Of a DNA stretch of 64,000 nt, positions 63,617 to 64,000 are shown piece after piece (within the stretch, counting starts at the first letter, position 1; each line of letters starts with the position of its first letter). The stretch lies in contig JAOZUR010000005.1 of the NCBI GenBank assembly GCA_029938555.1, positions 4,966 through 68,965 of the forward strand. The letters run 5' to 3'. The notes below the pieces were generated by a model. That model worked only from the letters and a program-made list of their open reading frames with translations, made no database searches and was not told the origin of the DNA. The stretch is from Candidatus Sabulitectum sp. (GTDB lineage: Bacteria > Fermentibacterota > Fermentibacteria > Fermentibacterales > JCC-6). The translations under genes were made by a program, and so were the position numbers.

Positions 63617-63948
63617 CAGGAGTACTGCGATTGGAAGGGGTTTCTCTAACACTTCCAGTTGGGGCTTTTGCTTTTGAACGAATTGAGCCCAGAAAAATTC
63701 TTCTTGATCTTGAATGGCAAGGTGAGATATTAGCAGGAGAGCATCCTGTGGTGGATTACTCTGAAGTGTGTTCTTCTTTGAAAAGTAAACTTGAACCAGA
63801 GTATTTATTTATAGAGCAACTTGCAGCAGATACTCTTTCTCTTTTGGTGGAATTGTGGCCAGGGGTATGGACGGTTACTGTGTATAAGGATCACCCCCCA
63901 ACAGATCCGCCCATGGAAAGAGCCTCCATTACCATTAGCAGCAAATGA
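63592..63948 (+). CDS. folB: Dihydroneopterin aldolase
   Basis: 118 aa. L.GV.L..PVGAF.FER......L.DLEW and VDYSEV......K......FIEQLAAD follow the FolB pattern. An HPPK gene follows directly. Confidence 0.6.
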   Translation: MVEKNRRLTGVLRLEGVSLTLPVGAFAFERIEPRKILLDLEWQGEILAGEHPVVDYSEVCSSLKSKLEPEYLFIEQLAADTLSLLVELWPGVWTVTVYKDHPPTDPPMERASITISSK

Positions 63949-64000
63949 AAAGAGCATTTGCACTTAGTTTGGGTGGAAACCTTGGTAAGGTTCAAGATAG
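63945..64000 (+). CDS. folK: 2-amino-4-hydroxy-6-hydroxymethyldihydropteridine diphosphokinase, 3'-truncated by the window edge
   Basis: ATGA overlap with the folB stop. MKRAFALSLGGNLG matches the HPPK N-terminal (a.ialGSNlG) motif. Only 18 codons are visible. Confidence 0.5.
   Translation, partial: MKRAFALSLGGNLGKVQD

Noticed and set aside
1-64000. Alternative genetic code with TGA as a sense codon, prompted by the in-frame TGA at 28349
   Set aside because: TGA terminates several conserved genes at their expected lengths: the metallophosphatase at 14751, the MinD-ferredoxin gene at 23395, the cyclase-STAND gene at 50832 and folB at 63948. The standard code 11 therefore applies.

Overview
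AT-rich 64-kb window that uses the standard bacterial code (TGA ends many well-formed genes). It probably comes from an uncultured anaerobe of the FCB-type radiation (Bacteroidota/Cloacimonadota/Fibrobacterota-like). Eight ORFs end in the same ~80-aa type-A T9SS C-terminal sorting domain. Housekeeping genes include pyruvate:ferredoxin oxidoreductase, AsnRS, Map, RNase HIII, SbcCD, an LL-DAP-type aminotransferase and FolB/FolK. Accessory content falls into eight groups. (1) A five-gene secreted-protein operon at 2.9-11.8 kb: a C39-like Cys peptidase and three beta-propeller proteins, two of them tandem paralogs. It sits next to a vapBC pair and a gene remnant. (2) Two gingipain-like C25 peptidases and a secreted agmatine/peptidyl-arginine deiminase-family protein, all with T9SS tags. 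(3) The strongest candidate for an uncharacterised system, at 19.9-25.5 kb. A PAS/4-Cys sigma54 activator is followed by a near-consensus -24/-12 promoter and a tight seven-gene operon: three different NifX/NifB-C-terminal-like proteins, a DUF5320-like Gly/Arg-rich protein, two MinD/ParA ATPases with inserted 2x[4Fe-4S] ferredoxin modules, and an Mrp/Nbp35 carrier with an N-terminal 4-Cys motif. No nitrogenase gene occurs in the window. (4) A 1416-aa tandem-cyclase/STAND-ATPase/TPR protein whose stop overlaps (ATGA) the sbcD start. (5) An XPD/DinG-type Fe-S helicase fused to an N-terminal RecB-like nuclease. (6) A signal-peptide ORF interrupted by one in-frame TGA in a C-G-S-TGA context. (7) A lipoprotein built from three phased 81-aa Cys-containing repeats. 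(8) Tandem RRM RNA-binding protein genes with conserved leaders. No rRNA, tRNA, CRISPR array or intact transposase was recognised. All family assignments rest on motif recognition by eye, not on searches.
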